Shown here: one piece after another, positions 45,535 to 54,971 of the stretch
How the letters are laid out: every line of letters begins with the position of its first letter
How positions within the stretch are numbered: the first letter of the stretch is position 1
Source: a phage
Assembly (NCBI GenBank): GCA_025812035.1
Contig: GCA_025812035.1_4719.1
Length of the DNA stretch: 64,000 bases
Reading direction: 5' to 3' (one strand)
Translations under genes and position numbers: made by a program
Notes under the pieces: model-generated
The model's input: only the letters and a program-made list of their open reading frames with translations
Told to the model about the DNA's origin: nothing
Databases searched by the model: none

Positions 45535-47757
45535 TCAGTTAGTCTGAACCGGCAGCTTGATGTTTTCAGTGTAGACCTTACGCAGGTTCACGACGTTAAT
45601 CAGACCCAGCAGCGGGCAGTTGTTAACGAAGCGGCAGCGCGGCTGAACCATGGTTTCTTTAGAAACCTGACCGTTACGGGTAACCTGAGCAACAGATACC
45701 AGTTCCGGTACATACAGGAACATACCGAAGGTCAGCGGATCCGGAGAACCCTGGATACCACGAGACAGGGTCACGAAGATCTTATCACGCAGCAGGACGT
45801 TCGGGTTATCTACAACCACGAAGTTGAAGCTTACACCAACGGTACGGAAATCACCATCGGTCTGCAGGAACTGCGGGATGTAGTTGTCGGTTGCTACTAC
45901 GCAACGCGGTTTCTCATCAGCGTTGGAAGACAGCAGCTGCAGAGCTGGCTGATAACCAGACTCAGAGTACATGCGGTATGCCATCTCACGAATCACGTTC
46001 ATGATCGCAGCGGACACTTCAGCACGACGTTCTGCAGTGGTGGTACCCTGAACGGATTTCGCCAGGTCCAGGTTGATTTCTTCGAACCACGGACGGATCA
46101 GGTAACGACCGAAACCTTCGATCTGGATGTCACCGAACTGACGGAAGCGAGAGGTCGCAACTGCTTTCAGTGCGTCTTTGTAGCTGAACAGTTTCTCAAC
46201 CATCAGGTTGTCGAAACGTGCGTTAGCCGCTTGGATCAGAACGTCCAGGTCAGCAGCGTTTTCTTCCCAATCAAGCGGACGAGGAATGGAGAACGGAGCC
46301 AGCAGACCGATTGCGTAACGCTCTTGCTTCATGTTGAAGTCAAGGTGCTTACCACGTTCACGACGGTTGCTGTTGTTACGACGGATACGCAGTTCGTAAC
46401 CAACCAGTTTGAAGCTCAGGTCGTCAGCCAGGTCTTTGAATTCTTGGCTCTTACGCGGCTGTTCGATGTTGTCCTGATCAACCAGGCGATACAGTTCAGC
46501 GTTAGCGCCGTTAACACGCAGACCCGCTTTCTCTACGTTGGAAGAACCGTAAACTTCGATAGCCAGCTGAGCAGCGGATTTCGCATCGATGATGTCCTGC
46601 AGCGCTTCGGCTTTCGCACCTTTAACGTCAACGGTGTTCTCATCAACGAAGATGGAGTGAGTGTCGAACGCCAGGGTCATTTTGCGGAAGTCGCCTTCCA
46701 GAGATTTCTGGAAACCGTTGGTGATCAGACCGGATACGTCGAACGGAACGTAAGAGGTTTTGCTGTGCTTAGCGGATTTGATTTCCACCAGGATTTTGGT
46801 CAGCGTGATCTGAGCATCCAGCGCGTCGGTGTTGTCGCTGTAACCGTTAGCCAGAATGCTATCGTCTTCAGCGATACCGATCATGTCGATCAGTTTATCA
46901 ACAGCCAGGTAAGACGTTTTATAAGTTACGCCTTTAATTTCGATGTCACGCGGAGCAACGATAGCTTTGTCAACGAAGTACTGCGCGTTAGCATCGTCAG
47001 CACGATAGATCGGGTGCAGGTCGGTCACGTCGTTGGACAGAACGTCGTTGTACATGAACGCGTCCAGCAGCGGACGACGTACCCAATCAGCCGGAGTACC
47101 GTCAGCGTTACGACGCAGATGGTTGAATACCAGCGGACGACGGAAAGATACGTCATAACCGATCTGGTTCGGAGCCAGAACGATGGTGTTGTACAGTTCG
47201 TTACCCATGCGGCTCAGACGAGAAGCCTTCACGTTGAACACAACGGAGTACGGCATCATGTCGCGCAGTTCTTTCTGGTCGTAGGACAGCTGAACCAGTT
47301 CTTCAGATTCGCAACCGCAGGAATCAGCAGCCATCATGACGAAGTTAGAGCTGTCAACTTCACGACCTGACGGAGTGGTGCTGATGTTCATGGAACGTGC
47401 TTGTTTAGCGTATTCCACCGGGTTACCATGAGCCAGCATGATCAGTGCTGCTGCACGAGCCTGCTGTGCGTTCATGGTGAACAGCTGTTCTTCAATACGC
47501 TGCTTCTCTTCCGGAGTGGTGGTTTCGAAGCCCAGCATAGACAGAACCGGTTCTTCTGCTTTACGGATGTCGCTGCTGAAGCTCTTAACATCCATATCGT
47601 TAACCAGTTTGTCCATGGATTTGAAATCAACCTTAGAAGCAGATTCCATAGACAGGAAGGTGTTTTCCAGACCTTTGTCTGCTGGTTTGCTACCATTAGC
47701 GGTCAGGAACTGGCGAGTGGCCGCGACCTGCTGGCTAAGAAGGGTTTTATCATTCAT
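45535..47757 (-). CDS. major virion structural protein (~740 aa; major capsid candidate, tail sheath not excluded)
   Basis: Strongly optimised codons (CTG, CGT, GGT, ACC, GAA). Monocistronic between a promoter-like region and a hairpin. Size is typical of jumbo-phage capsid proteins. Confidence 0.5.
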   Translation of the reverse strand: MNDKTLLSQQVAATRQFLTANGSKPADKGLENTFLSMESASKVDFKSMDKLVNDMDVKSFSSDIRKAEEPVLSMLGFETTTPEEKQRIEEQLFTMNAQQARAAALIMLAHGNPVEYAKQARSMNISTTPSGREVDSSNFVMMAADSCGCESEELVQLSYDQKELRDMMPYSVVFNVKASRLSRMGNELYNTIVLAPNQIGYDVSFRRPLVFNHLRRNADGTPADWVRRPLLDAFMYNDVLSNDVTDLHPIYRADDANAQYFVDKAIVAPRDIEIKGVTYKTSYLAVDKLIDMIGIAEDDSILANGYSDNTDALDAQITLTKILVEIKSAKHSKTSYVPFDVSGLITNGFQKSLEGDFRKMTLAFDTHSIFVDENTVDVKGAKAEALQDIIDAKSAAQLAIEVYGSSNVEKAGLRVNGANAELYRLVDQDNIEQPRKSQEFKDLADDLSFKLVGYELRIRRNNSNRRERGKHLDFNMKQERYAIGLLAPFSIPRPLDWEENAADLDVLIQAANARFDNLMVEKLFSYKDALKAVATSRFRQFGDIQIEGFGRYLIRPWFEEINLDLAKSVQGTTTAERRAEVSAAIMNVIREMAYRMYSESGYQPALQLLSSNADEKPRCVVATDNYIPQFLQTDGDFRTVGVSFNFVVVDNPNVLLRDKIFVTLSRGIQGSPDPLTFGMFLYVPELVSVAQVTRNGQVSKETMVQPRCRFVNNCPLLGLINVVNLRKVYTENIKLPVQTN

Positions 47758-47906
47758 TGAAAGTATCCTTTACAGAATTAACTTATATAAGTCGGTCGAT
47801 AGACCATAGCGTACACGCGTGCATGCGCCACTATAGTATCAGTAAACACTTACCGTTGTTTAGGCTGTGATACAACACTAAAAATGCCGCATAACTTTTT
47901 CCTACG

Positions 47907-48527
47907 TCACAAACGACGCAGGCGATAATGGATGGAACGATTGGTGCAATATGAACGGAACAGCGGCAATTGCGCAACTTCCGCAAGACTCATATTAATT
48001 CGCAGGTGTTCAATAACGGCGCTGTAGTTATCAGCAATACGATCGCTCAATAACTCTTCTGCCAATAAAGGAAGACAATCGACAACAATCGCGATCATAT
48101 CCTCATTAACATAACGCACCCGAACACTCAACGGACGTTTGTCTGGGCTGTAAGTTGGATCCGCCAAACGACGTTCAATATCACGCGGATAGCTCGTCAG
48201 TAAATGGTAGTAACCATTATCATAACGATTGATGTACTCACACAGCACATCAACATTCTTTTCTGGCGGCAAACCTGTTTCGTCATAGTGATACGCAAAC
48301 ATACCACCAAGCAGGTTGTTAAGATGAACTGCAGGGTTCGCTTGTTCGTGTTCTTTCGTGATGAAGAAAGGCACGTTCTGAGCTGCGAAATAAAAACCTA
48401 CATCATTGGGCGATAGTATGCCGAAAAGACTTTTAGGATCCAACAGCACCTGTAAGTCATCACGCGCATTTCGAATGATTGCGTGTTCTACCCAATTCGG
48501 AACGACGAGATATCGGAGTTCCTTCAT
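47907..48527 (-). CDS. hypothetical protein (206 aa)
   Basis: ORF with SD AGAGG. Confidence 0.55.
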   Translation of the reverse strand: MKELRYLVVPNWVEHAIIRNARDDLQVLLDPKSLFGILSPNDVGFYFAAQNVPFFITKEHEQANPAVHLNNLLGGMFAYHYDETGLPPEKNVDVLCEYINRYDNGYYHLLTSYPRDIERRLADPTYSPDKRPLSVRVRYVNEDMIAIVVDCLPLLAEELLSDRIADNYSAVIEHLRINMSLAEVAQLPLFRSYCTNRSIHYRLRRL

Positions 48528-48566
48528 TATGATTACCTCTTTGTAAGTATCGAAAGGATTGAGTCG

Positions 48567-50177
48567 ATGGACCCAAAACAGATAGCCATTAAGATTATTA
48601 CGTTACTGTTTCGTAACGCACAATTGAACCATCCAGATCCCAGTACGATCGACCATGTTAAATCCGTCTTAGATAAAGTCGAACCCCCGAAAAACCATCT
48701 CGCTACGGACATAGATAGAGAGGTTTTCAACAACCTGATGAATACCATTCATTGGATGTTGGAACAACCATTATCGGAACCTTTCGATAAACAACAGTTG
48801 TTACAAAGGATACGTTTGGATTGTCTTGAGCAAAGCAATCTTTACGAGATTCTTGCCGACGGACTGTACGATATCGAAGACGATGCTCATATCAGTAAGG
48901 TCTGTTCGCTTTATTACAACGAATTGCGTAACTTGGTTACCCGTCGTCGTGTTTTCGAAACCTTTAAAAACACATACATGGATATCAGTAATGGGCGTCT
49001 TGGGGATAAAGAATTTTTCGACGCGATGGCGAATTTGAAACTCTCGCTAGACAGTATCGAAATGGATACCGAAAATCCCGAAGAGATGTCGTGTATGATT
49101 GACGGTTTTATCGCCGACAGTGAAGACGATATCGAGAAAGTCGAACGTATGTTCATCAAAGCGATGGAACGTAACAGTCCTGAAGGTGGATTTGTAACCG
49201 GCTGGCAAGGTTTTAATAAAATGCTAGGGTCGGTCGGTGTTTTACGTCGCGGTACCTTAGGACTGATTGGTGCGATGCAGCACAGGAACAAGTCGGGCGT
49301 GCTGTTAAAACTGTTCACACATCTGGCGTTGTACAATAAACCTCATTTCTTTTTTCCGGAGCGAGCAAAGAAAGCATTACTGATTCATTTGTCAACAGAA
49401 AACGAAGTAGAAGAAAACACGCTTCAGATATACAAAAACATGCGAGAACAGGAAACAGGCGAATATGTCGATATTCGTAAGATTGACCCTCGCGAGGCAT
49501 CACGTTATGTGTTGAAGGTTTTCAATGACGCGGGTTTCTCTGTGTGTATGCGTCGTGTTGATGGGATGAGCTATAAACAACTTGCGAACCTCATCGACCA
49601 TTTTGAACGCATGGGCTATGAAGTCATGGCGTTGTTCATCGACTATCTGAAAATGTTCTCATCGGAAGGGCTGGATAGAAACGGACCAACCGGCGCATGG
49701 CTACAAGAACTCTTCAACAAAGTCCGTAACCTCTGCAGCGTTAAACGTATTTTAGGTATGACCGTACACCAGCTATCATCCGACGCGAAGATGCGTGCGC
49801 GTGACGGTAACGATGAAGAGTTTGTTGACCAGGTCGCAGGCTTAAGTTACTGGGATGGCTGTAAAGGGATTGACCGTGAGATCGATCTTGAAGTGATTGT
49901 TGATATCGTTAAGGAACCGGGTAAACGTCAAAGCTGGCAAGTCTTTGCATTAGGGAAAGACCGTCAACCGGATAACGGTTCAACGAAACCTGAGGATAAA
50001 CATTTCACGATGCCGTTCCAAACCATCGGGATGCTTCCTGATGATTACGGTAAGAAAGCAGTATACTGCCGCAAGGTTGGCGGACAACCTGTCTCTGAGG
50101 GAGGCAAAGGTCCGTGGAACAAGTTCGATGAAAACGCAGCGCCGAGCAATGAATTACAATTTGATTTAGAATTTTAA
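48567..50177 (+). CDS. DnaB-like replicative helicase (RecA-fold), non-canonical P-loop
   Basis: Walker B-like ALFIDYL, H3-like VHQLSSDAK, and a P-loop-position segment GAMQHRNKS. ATG at 48567 has SD AAGGA; ORF track start is 48483. Confidence 0.5.
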   Translation: MDPKQIAIKIITLLFRNAQLNHPDPSTIDHVKSVLDKVEPPKNHLATDIDREVFNNLMNTIHWMLEQPLSEPFDKQQLLQRIRLDCLEQSNLYEILADGLYDIEDDAHISKVCSLYYNELRNLVTRRRVFETFKNTYMDISNGRLGDKEFFDAMANLKLSLDSIEMDTENPEEMSCMIDGFIADSEDDIEKVERMFIKAMERNSPEGGFVTGWQGFNKMLGSVGVLRRGTLGLIGAMQHRNKSGVLLKLFTHLALYNKPHFFFPERAKKALLIHLSTENEVEENTLQIYKNMREQETGEYVDIRKIDPREASRYVLKVFNDAGFSVCMRRVDGMSYKQLANLIDHFERMGYEVMALFIDYLKMFSSEGLDRNGPTGAWLQELFNKVRNLCSVKRILGMTVHQLSSDAKMRARDGNDEEFVDQVAGLSYWDGCKGIDREIDLEVIVDIVKEPGKRQSWQVFALGKDRQPDNGSTKPEDKHFTMPFQTIGMLPDDYGKKAVYCRKVGGQPVSEGGKGPWNKFDENAAPSNELQFDLEF

Positions 50178-50202
50178 ACGCAAAAAAAAAGAATGTACGG
50201 TT

Positions 50203-50234
50203 CCCTCCTCCAACCCGTAAGGGAAGGAGGAGGG
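50203..50234. terminator. conserved two-tier GC hairpin (family copy 9)
   Basis: CCCTCCTCC-AACCCGTAAGGGAA-GGAGGAGGG at a convergent junction, preceded by A9. Confidence 0.55.
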
Positions 50235-50249
50235 TTATGACCGTGTTGG

Positions 50250-50576
50250 CTAACTTATCGTCATGAATTCACTCGGTGAGAATTTCCAACCATTCTCATT
50301 GAGAAGTGTGTTGAGTTTCGCTGCAACGATAAGCCATGCATGCATAGCCGTTACGTCGTATTGGCGATTTACCCGACGTTGGTTTTCGATATTGATTTGC
50401 TCCTGTTCAGTGATGTTTGGATAAAGTGCGATAGCGCTGGGCTTACCCAAAGCGCTAGTCATCACCGCGGTACATTCACTGATAATGTTGTTTAAGTGGT
50501 AGTTGTACACCGTTCCACGCATGACACGATGACGGCATTCGATAATAGCGTCGTAAATGATTTCTCGAGTAATCAT
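50250..50576 (-). CDS. hypothetical protein (108 aa)
   Basis: ORF. Confidence 0.5.
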   Translation of the reverse strand: MITREIIYDAIIECRHRVMRGTVYNYHLNNIISECTAVMTSALGKPSAIALYPNITEQEQINIENQRRVNRQYDVTAMHAWLIVAAKLNTLLNENGWKFSPSEFMTIS

Positions 50577-50582
50577 GATAAC

Positions 50583-51086
50583 TTAAAACATGCGGTCGTT
50601 TTTAGCACGGGCGTCCATTACGAGATCGTAGATACCTGCGGTTCGTAAACATTCTTCGTAATAACGATGTGTGCCTTCCTCAGCCATCCACGATAATCCT
50701 CGGTTATCCGCAACAATAACCAGTTTGTTATTGTTGAACGCGCACACCACACGGTAGGTCGCGTTGTTATTCGGATCGCGAGTGATAAGCTCGTAGACGC
50801 CATTGACAGGTTTACTGAATTCACCGTTTAACGGGACAAGTTCAGTAGTACCTTCAGCGAACGTCGCGTTGATTGGTGATGGATCTTTAGCGATAACTGT
50901 ATATTCCACGTTATGTTCTTTACTGGTCATAATGCCGAAGTAAGAACTAATAGGGGAACGTGGTACACTAAGAATATTAAACATGAATGTTGTCCTCTTA
51001 TTTGGATTTAGATTGTTGGGTTTGTCATTGAGAAATGAATTAGACGATGAGCGCCCAGGTAGTAAGCACACCGCTTGCGAATTCAA
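50583..51086 (-). CDS. hypothetical protein (167 aa)
   Basis: ORF. Confidence 0.5.
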   Translation of the reverse strand: MNSQAVCLLPGRSSSNSFLNDKPNNLNPNKRTTFMFNILSVPRSPISSYFGIMTSKEHNVEYTVIAKDPSPINATFAEGTTELVPLNGEFSKPVNGVYELITRDPNNNATYRVVCAFNNNKLVIVADNRGLSWMAEEGTHRYYEECLRTAGIYDLVMDARAKNDRMF

Positions 51087-51609
51087 GCTTAAGACGTTTG
51101 CCGATAAGTTGTTGTTGGATCATCTTCTCAGTGGTACGACGATCTTGCTGAACAGCTTTATCGAACGCTTCTTTCGCTTCGGCCTGGTAGAAGTTCGTTT
51201 CTTCGTTTTCATCGATCTCCTCGAGCGTACCCTCGTCGATGTCGGCAAGTTTTACTCGACCGTTCTCATCGGGTTGTTCTGCAGGTTCATTGTCATAAGG
51301 CGTGTCTTTTGTTGGTGCGACACGATGCTGCAACTCGACCTGTGTTAACATGATCTCCATCTCACCATCGATAGGAATGATTTCGTCGGCGCAGCCGTTT
51401 TCGGTCAGCTCTCGACTTTCCAGTAACGTCGTGGTAACAGAGAACACCTCTTCAACAGGAACCTCATCATCGTCGATGGTGTTAACCGTATTGCTGGTAA
51501 CTTCGGCAACAACCATCAAATCGAACGCGTGAGGATCGCCTGGCATTTTGATTCCTGGAAGTTTGTTGAGATACCAAGGATCAAGAATCATGATTTCTGG
51601 ATTGAACAT
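51040..51609 (-). CDS. acidic hypothetical protein (189 aa)
   Basis: D/E-rich ORF. Confidence 0.5.
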   Translation of the reverse strand: MFNPEIMILDPWYLNKLPGIKMPGDPHAFDLMVVAEVTSNTVNTIDDDEVPVEEVFSVTTTLLESRELTENGCADEIIPIDGEMEIMLTQVELQHRVAPTKDTPYDNEPAEQPDENGRVKLADIDEGTLEEIDENEETNFYQAEAKEAFDKAVQQDRRTTEKMIQQQLIGKRLKLEFASGVLTTWALIV

Positions 51610-51683
51610 CGTTTTACCTTTCTATGTTAGGTGGGTTGCGGATAGAAGAATCAATGCATAGACTGATTTAAGTTTGTTAAGGT

Positions 51684-52586
51684 TTACTTAGTCTTCGAGT
51701 TACAAGGACTGACCTGTTGTTGTACTCGTTGAATTGTGTCGTAGTACGGGTTAGATTGGTTGAACATGTTGTTGTGTGGATGATAGCCGTATGGCGCATT
51801 TTGCCTTGTTGATGAGAAACCTTGTTGAGAAGGACGATTTGAATTAACCGCGAGTACGTAGTAAACCAAATTTTGACGGTCGAACGTTCCTTCGTTTTTG
51901 AAGGTGTCGGCGTAGGTGCTTATCGCTGGAGCGAGTCTATCACCATCGGCGGTAATAATTGTACCGTCTGGGTAAACTTCACGAACGACGCACCATGTTC
52001 CGATAAGAACGTCTTTGGGTGGCGTATTGCCGTATCCGGTTGTAACGGTAAGGTAAGTATCGAACCCTTCAGAACAACAAGGATGACGATAGATAGGTCC
52101 TGTCATTTCCGTTCTATCGGTATCATCGCATTTCTCTATTGAGAGCGATGATGTGTCGGTTTTGAAATTGTCAAATTCTTTCTTTAAGTCGATTACAGGT
52201 TCTTTCGTATAGTACTTCTTGATTGCTTTGACGTAAAGATCAGGAACGGTTGTCAGCATTCCGTTATACCTGATTCTCAGGTTTTCGAGTAATCCAAAGA
52301 TACTCGCGCATGCTTGTTCGCGAGGTTTTGTAAGATAAGAGATCCCCCCAGGAACGCTGGGATCTTTGAGAAAGAAGATTGCGTTATTGTCGTTGTGTGG
52401 TGCATTGAAGAAAACGATTGATTCGATATATACGGAGCATAGGCTGTCGTTGGCGTCGTCAGATAACACCCAGATGCACTCATCGGTCGTCTTGTTTAAA
52501 AGTTCTGTTTTGTCCACCAAACGTTGTTTCATTGCGAGGAAATGTGCCTGTTGTTCAGCGGATAATTCACGATAAATAGTGGTCAT
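51684..52586 (-). CDS. paralog family Y protein (member 1)
   Basis: VREVYPDGTIIT and CxxxxDxYLT(V/I)T motifs shared with 52672-53451. ATG at 52586 has SD AAGGAG. Confidence 0.55.
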   Translation of the reverse strand: MTTIYRELSAEQQAHFLAMKQRLVDKTELLNKTTDECIWVLSDDANDSLCSVYIESIVFFNAPHNDNNAIFFLKDPSVPGGISYLTKPREQACASIFGLLENLRIRYNGMLTTVPDLYVKAIKKYYTKEPVIDLKKEFDNFKTDTSSLSIEKCDDTDRTEMTGPIYRHPCCSEGFDTYLTVTTGYGNTPPKDVLIGTWCVVREVYPDGTIITADGDRLAPAISTYADTFKNEGTFDRQNLVYYVLAVNSNRPSQQGFSSTRQNAPYGYHPHNNMFNQSNPYYDTIQRVQQQVSPCNSKTK

Positions 52587-52671
52587 ACTCGGCTCCTTGA
52601 TTACGATAAGGATGATTGCGGTTTTGTGATGCTGGTAGGGCCCTAAACAAAGGAGCCCTACCAATATTGGG

Positions 52672-53451
52672 TTACTCAGGATCGGCGTAGAAATGATGGG
52701 GATAGCCGGAGTACGATCCCGCGTTACCGGCTATGGATTTTTTCTGGGAATCGACGACGAGCGCATAGAACTGTCGGGAATTTGTTAGCGTTGAGAAATA
52801 AGAGGAAAGGACTTTTTCATTCAACGCATCGCAAGGTAGACAGGTGCGACCGCAAAACGTCACAATACGACCGTCAGGATAGATCTCACGAATCATTCTC
52901 CATTCGCCGATATCAACCGGCGATGGCGCTGCTACAGCACCCGTTATTGTTAAGTAACGATCGTACGTGGTGTGGCATTCTGGATGAATGTAGATCGGTT
53001 GGGTATCAGTGCTTTCGTTTTCTACCTGATCTTTGCTTACGTATACCTCAAGATAAATCGTTGGTAGTCCGGTTAGAACGCCGGTATCGCGACGTTTTTT
53101 GGTAATCCGGGGACGGATATTATCGAGCACACCTTCCAGTTTTTCTGCGATTTCGTCAGCCGGTAATATATACCCGTATGTTGGTTCTAGATCATCATCG
53201 TGACTGAATAAGATACGACAGTCGTTGTTATTTTCTGGTGCTTCAGGCGGAAAGATGATGGCTTGAACCGTATGACGTTCTGCGATATAAAATCCTTCAG
53301 GTCCCTCAGTTTTGGTAAGTGTAAAGGACCAGGATGAATGATCTTCAAGTGATGTGCCTTCCAGGAAAAAGTTCGTCCGGATTGGTGCGTCCCATTTTGT
53401 GATCATATTGGCGTGACCGATAGCGCCTAACTTTTGATAAATATCTGTCAT
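52672..53451 (-). CDS. paralog family Y protein (member 2)
   Basis: IREIYPDGRIVT. ATG at 53451 has SD GAGGA; ORF track start is 53547. Confidence 0.55.
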   Translation of the reverse strand: MTDIYQKLGAIGHANMITKWDAPIRTNFFLEGTSLEDHSSWSFTLTKTEGPEGFYIAERHTVQAIIFPPEAPENNNDCRILFSHDDDLEPTYGYILPADEIAEKLEGVLDNIRPRITKKRRDTGVLTGLPTIYLEVYVSKDQVENESTDTQPIYIHPECHTTYDRYLTITGAVAAPSPVDIGEWRMIREIYPDGRIVTFCGRTCLPCDALNEKVLSSYFSTLTNSRQFYALVVDSQKKSIAGNAGSYSGYPHHFYADPE

Positions 53452-53507
53452 GATTGTATCCTCGGTTGTTAAGAGAAATTTACAGCGATAACAGTAACCG
53501 TTGTTAT

Positions 53508-53531
53508 CACCTAGGTAATATAGTCGTGAAA
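53508..53531. promoter_or_regulatory. conserved 24-nt motif (copy 4; CACCTAGGTAATATAGTCGTGAAA)
   Basis: Part of the ~90-bp cassette 53508-53597. Confidence 0.45.
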
Positions 53532-53565
53532 TAAACTGGATTAACAAGAATAAGACAGCATAGAA

Positions 53566-53597
53566 CCCTCTCCCAACCCATCAGGGAAGGGAGAGGG
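53566..53597. terminator. conserved two-tier GC hairpin (family copy 10)
   Basis: CCCTCTCCC-AACCCATCAGGGAA-GGGAGAGGG. Confidence 0.5.
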
Positions 53598-53601
53598 AAT
53601 A

Positions 53602-54969
53602 TTAAACGGTTGGACGAACGGTATTGTCTTTTTCTGGTGCAATCCATAACGTGACTGTGCCATGGCATGTCCACTGTGGTTCGCGTACAGATGAACCTGC
53701 CATTGTGACAGCGCAATCGGTGCGCATGATGACCCCGTACGCTTCGCAGAGGTTGTTATCCTGCATCCACACAACTTTAGCGGGCATACCGGGATACAAC
53801 AGATCCATGTTTGCATACTCCCACACCAACTGCATTGTCCTGCCGCGTAATCCAGCAGTATTACTTAATTCACGCCATCGGTTATCGGTTACGCGCCCCA
53901 TCCCTTTCGCCACCTTCACGTTATCGCTACGTTCTTCAGTTACGTACTCGCTGACGTTTACGGTACGACTGATTATCGTATCGCCTCCTTTTGATAATGT
54001 CATTCCCTGACTCATCTGACTTGCCGAAACAAAACGTCCGCCAGCATTACCTAATAGCGAAGACGCGTTATTGATGTCGCTTACCGACGCCCCTCTCGTA
54101 CATGCAATTTCCACGTATTTATCACGATTGATCCAGGTTTTGTCCATACCTGGAAACATATCGGCAGGATAGTTGTAAAAGATAGCTGTACGTCGACCGT
54201 CAGAGAAACGGGTTTCGTCGTATAACGGATAGATATACAGATACGGAGATTGATAATAACAACCGACATCCGCTGAATAAATACCAACCTGGTTCTGGAT
54301 TTTATCTACGAGATCCATTGCGTTGGTACCGTGGGGGAGAATAAGCAATTTGAATGGGTTGTCGTTATTCGGTGCAACGATATCCACACCCTGCATTTTG
54401 AATCCGGTGTCAGCTTCAACCGCAGAAAGTATCTTACTGAATTCGAGTCGCAATACATCCAGAACTTTCGATCCGGTATAGTTTTCACCGGTTTCTGATT
54501 GCATGAAGCTTTCAAGAACAGGATCGAACAGTTGAAATTGAAGATCGACCATTTGTTCGTAGTCTTTCTTCGAAGAATCGGTTGCGGTGCGTTCATCGGT
54601 AGCAGACATACGGCTGTCTACGGTTGTTAAACAAACCGCCCGATAGACATAGGCTTGTGTAGCATCGTCTACGGTTTGGCGTTGTCCACGCATCAGGCTG
54701 TATGCCTGTACGATGACACGCATCTTAAGTTGTTGTTGATACGGTAAAATGTATTTTCCGTAATTGCCTGGTGGGAACTTTACAGAGATATAAAGTTCAT
54801 CTCCTGCGTTACGTTCGTAGTCCCGATACGTGTGGACTTGAGTCACTAAAGGAACAGACACCGTCATTGACGGCGTGATTAATTCCGCGGTGACTTTATA
54901 CGCAACAGCAACTGCCTCCTGCGCAAACGTACCGATATACCGTCCTAACGGCGTCTGTTTGTAATCCAT
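53602..54969 (-). CDS. hypothetical virion-module protein (455 aa)
   Basis: Long ORF. Confidence 0.6.
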   Translation of the reverse strand: MDYKQTPLGRYIGTFAQEAVAVAYKVTAELITPSMTVSVPLVTQVHTYRDYERNAGDELYISVKFPPGNYGKYILPYQQQLKMRVIVQAYSLMRGQRQTVDDATQAYVYRAVCLTTVDSRMSATDERTATDSSKKDYEQMVDLQFQLFDPVLESFMQSETGENYTGSKVLDVLRLEFSKILSAVEADTGFKMQGVDIVAPNNDNPFKLLILPHGTNAMDLVDKIQNQVGIYSADVGCYYQSPYLYIYPLYDETRFSDGRRTAIFYNYPADMFPGMDKTWINRDKYVEIACTRGASVSDINNASSLLGNAGGRFVSASQMSQGMTLSKGGDTIISRTVNVSEYVTEERSDNVKVAKGMGRVTDNRWRELSNTAGLRGRTMQLVWEYANMDLLYPGMPAKVVWMQDNNLCEAYGVIMRTDCAVTMAGSSVREPQWTCHGTVTLWIAPEKDNTVRPTV

Positions 54970-54971
54970 GT

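Noticed and set aside
45460-47370. 636-aa plus-strand ORF
   Set aside because: Entirely antisense to the strongly codon-optimised 740-aa gene. It has no RBS and its translation is low-complexity, so it is an artefact of codon bias on the opposite strand.
4105-53597. Dispersed GC hairpin repeats considered as a possible CRISPR array
   Set aside because: The copies are 3-15 kb apart, not regularly spaced, and are palindromic stem-loops at gene junctions. No cas genes are present.
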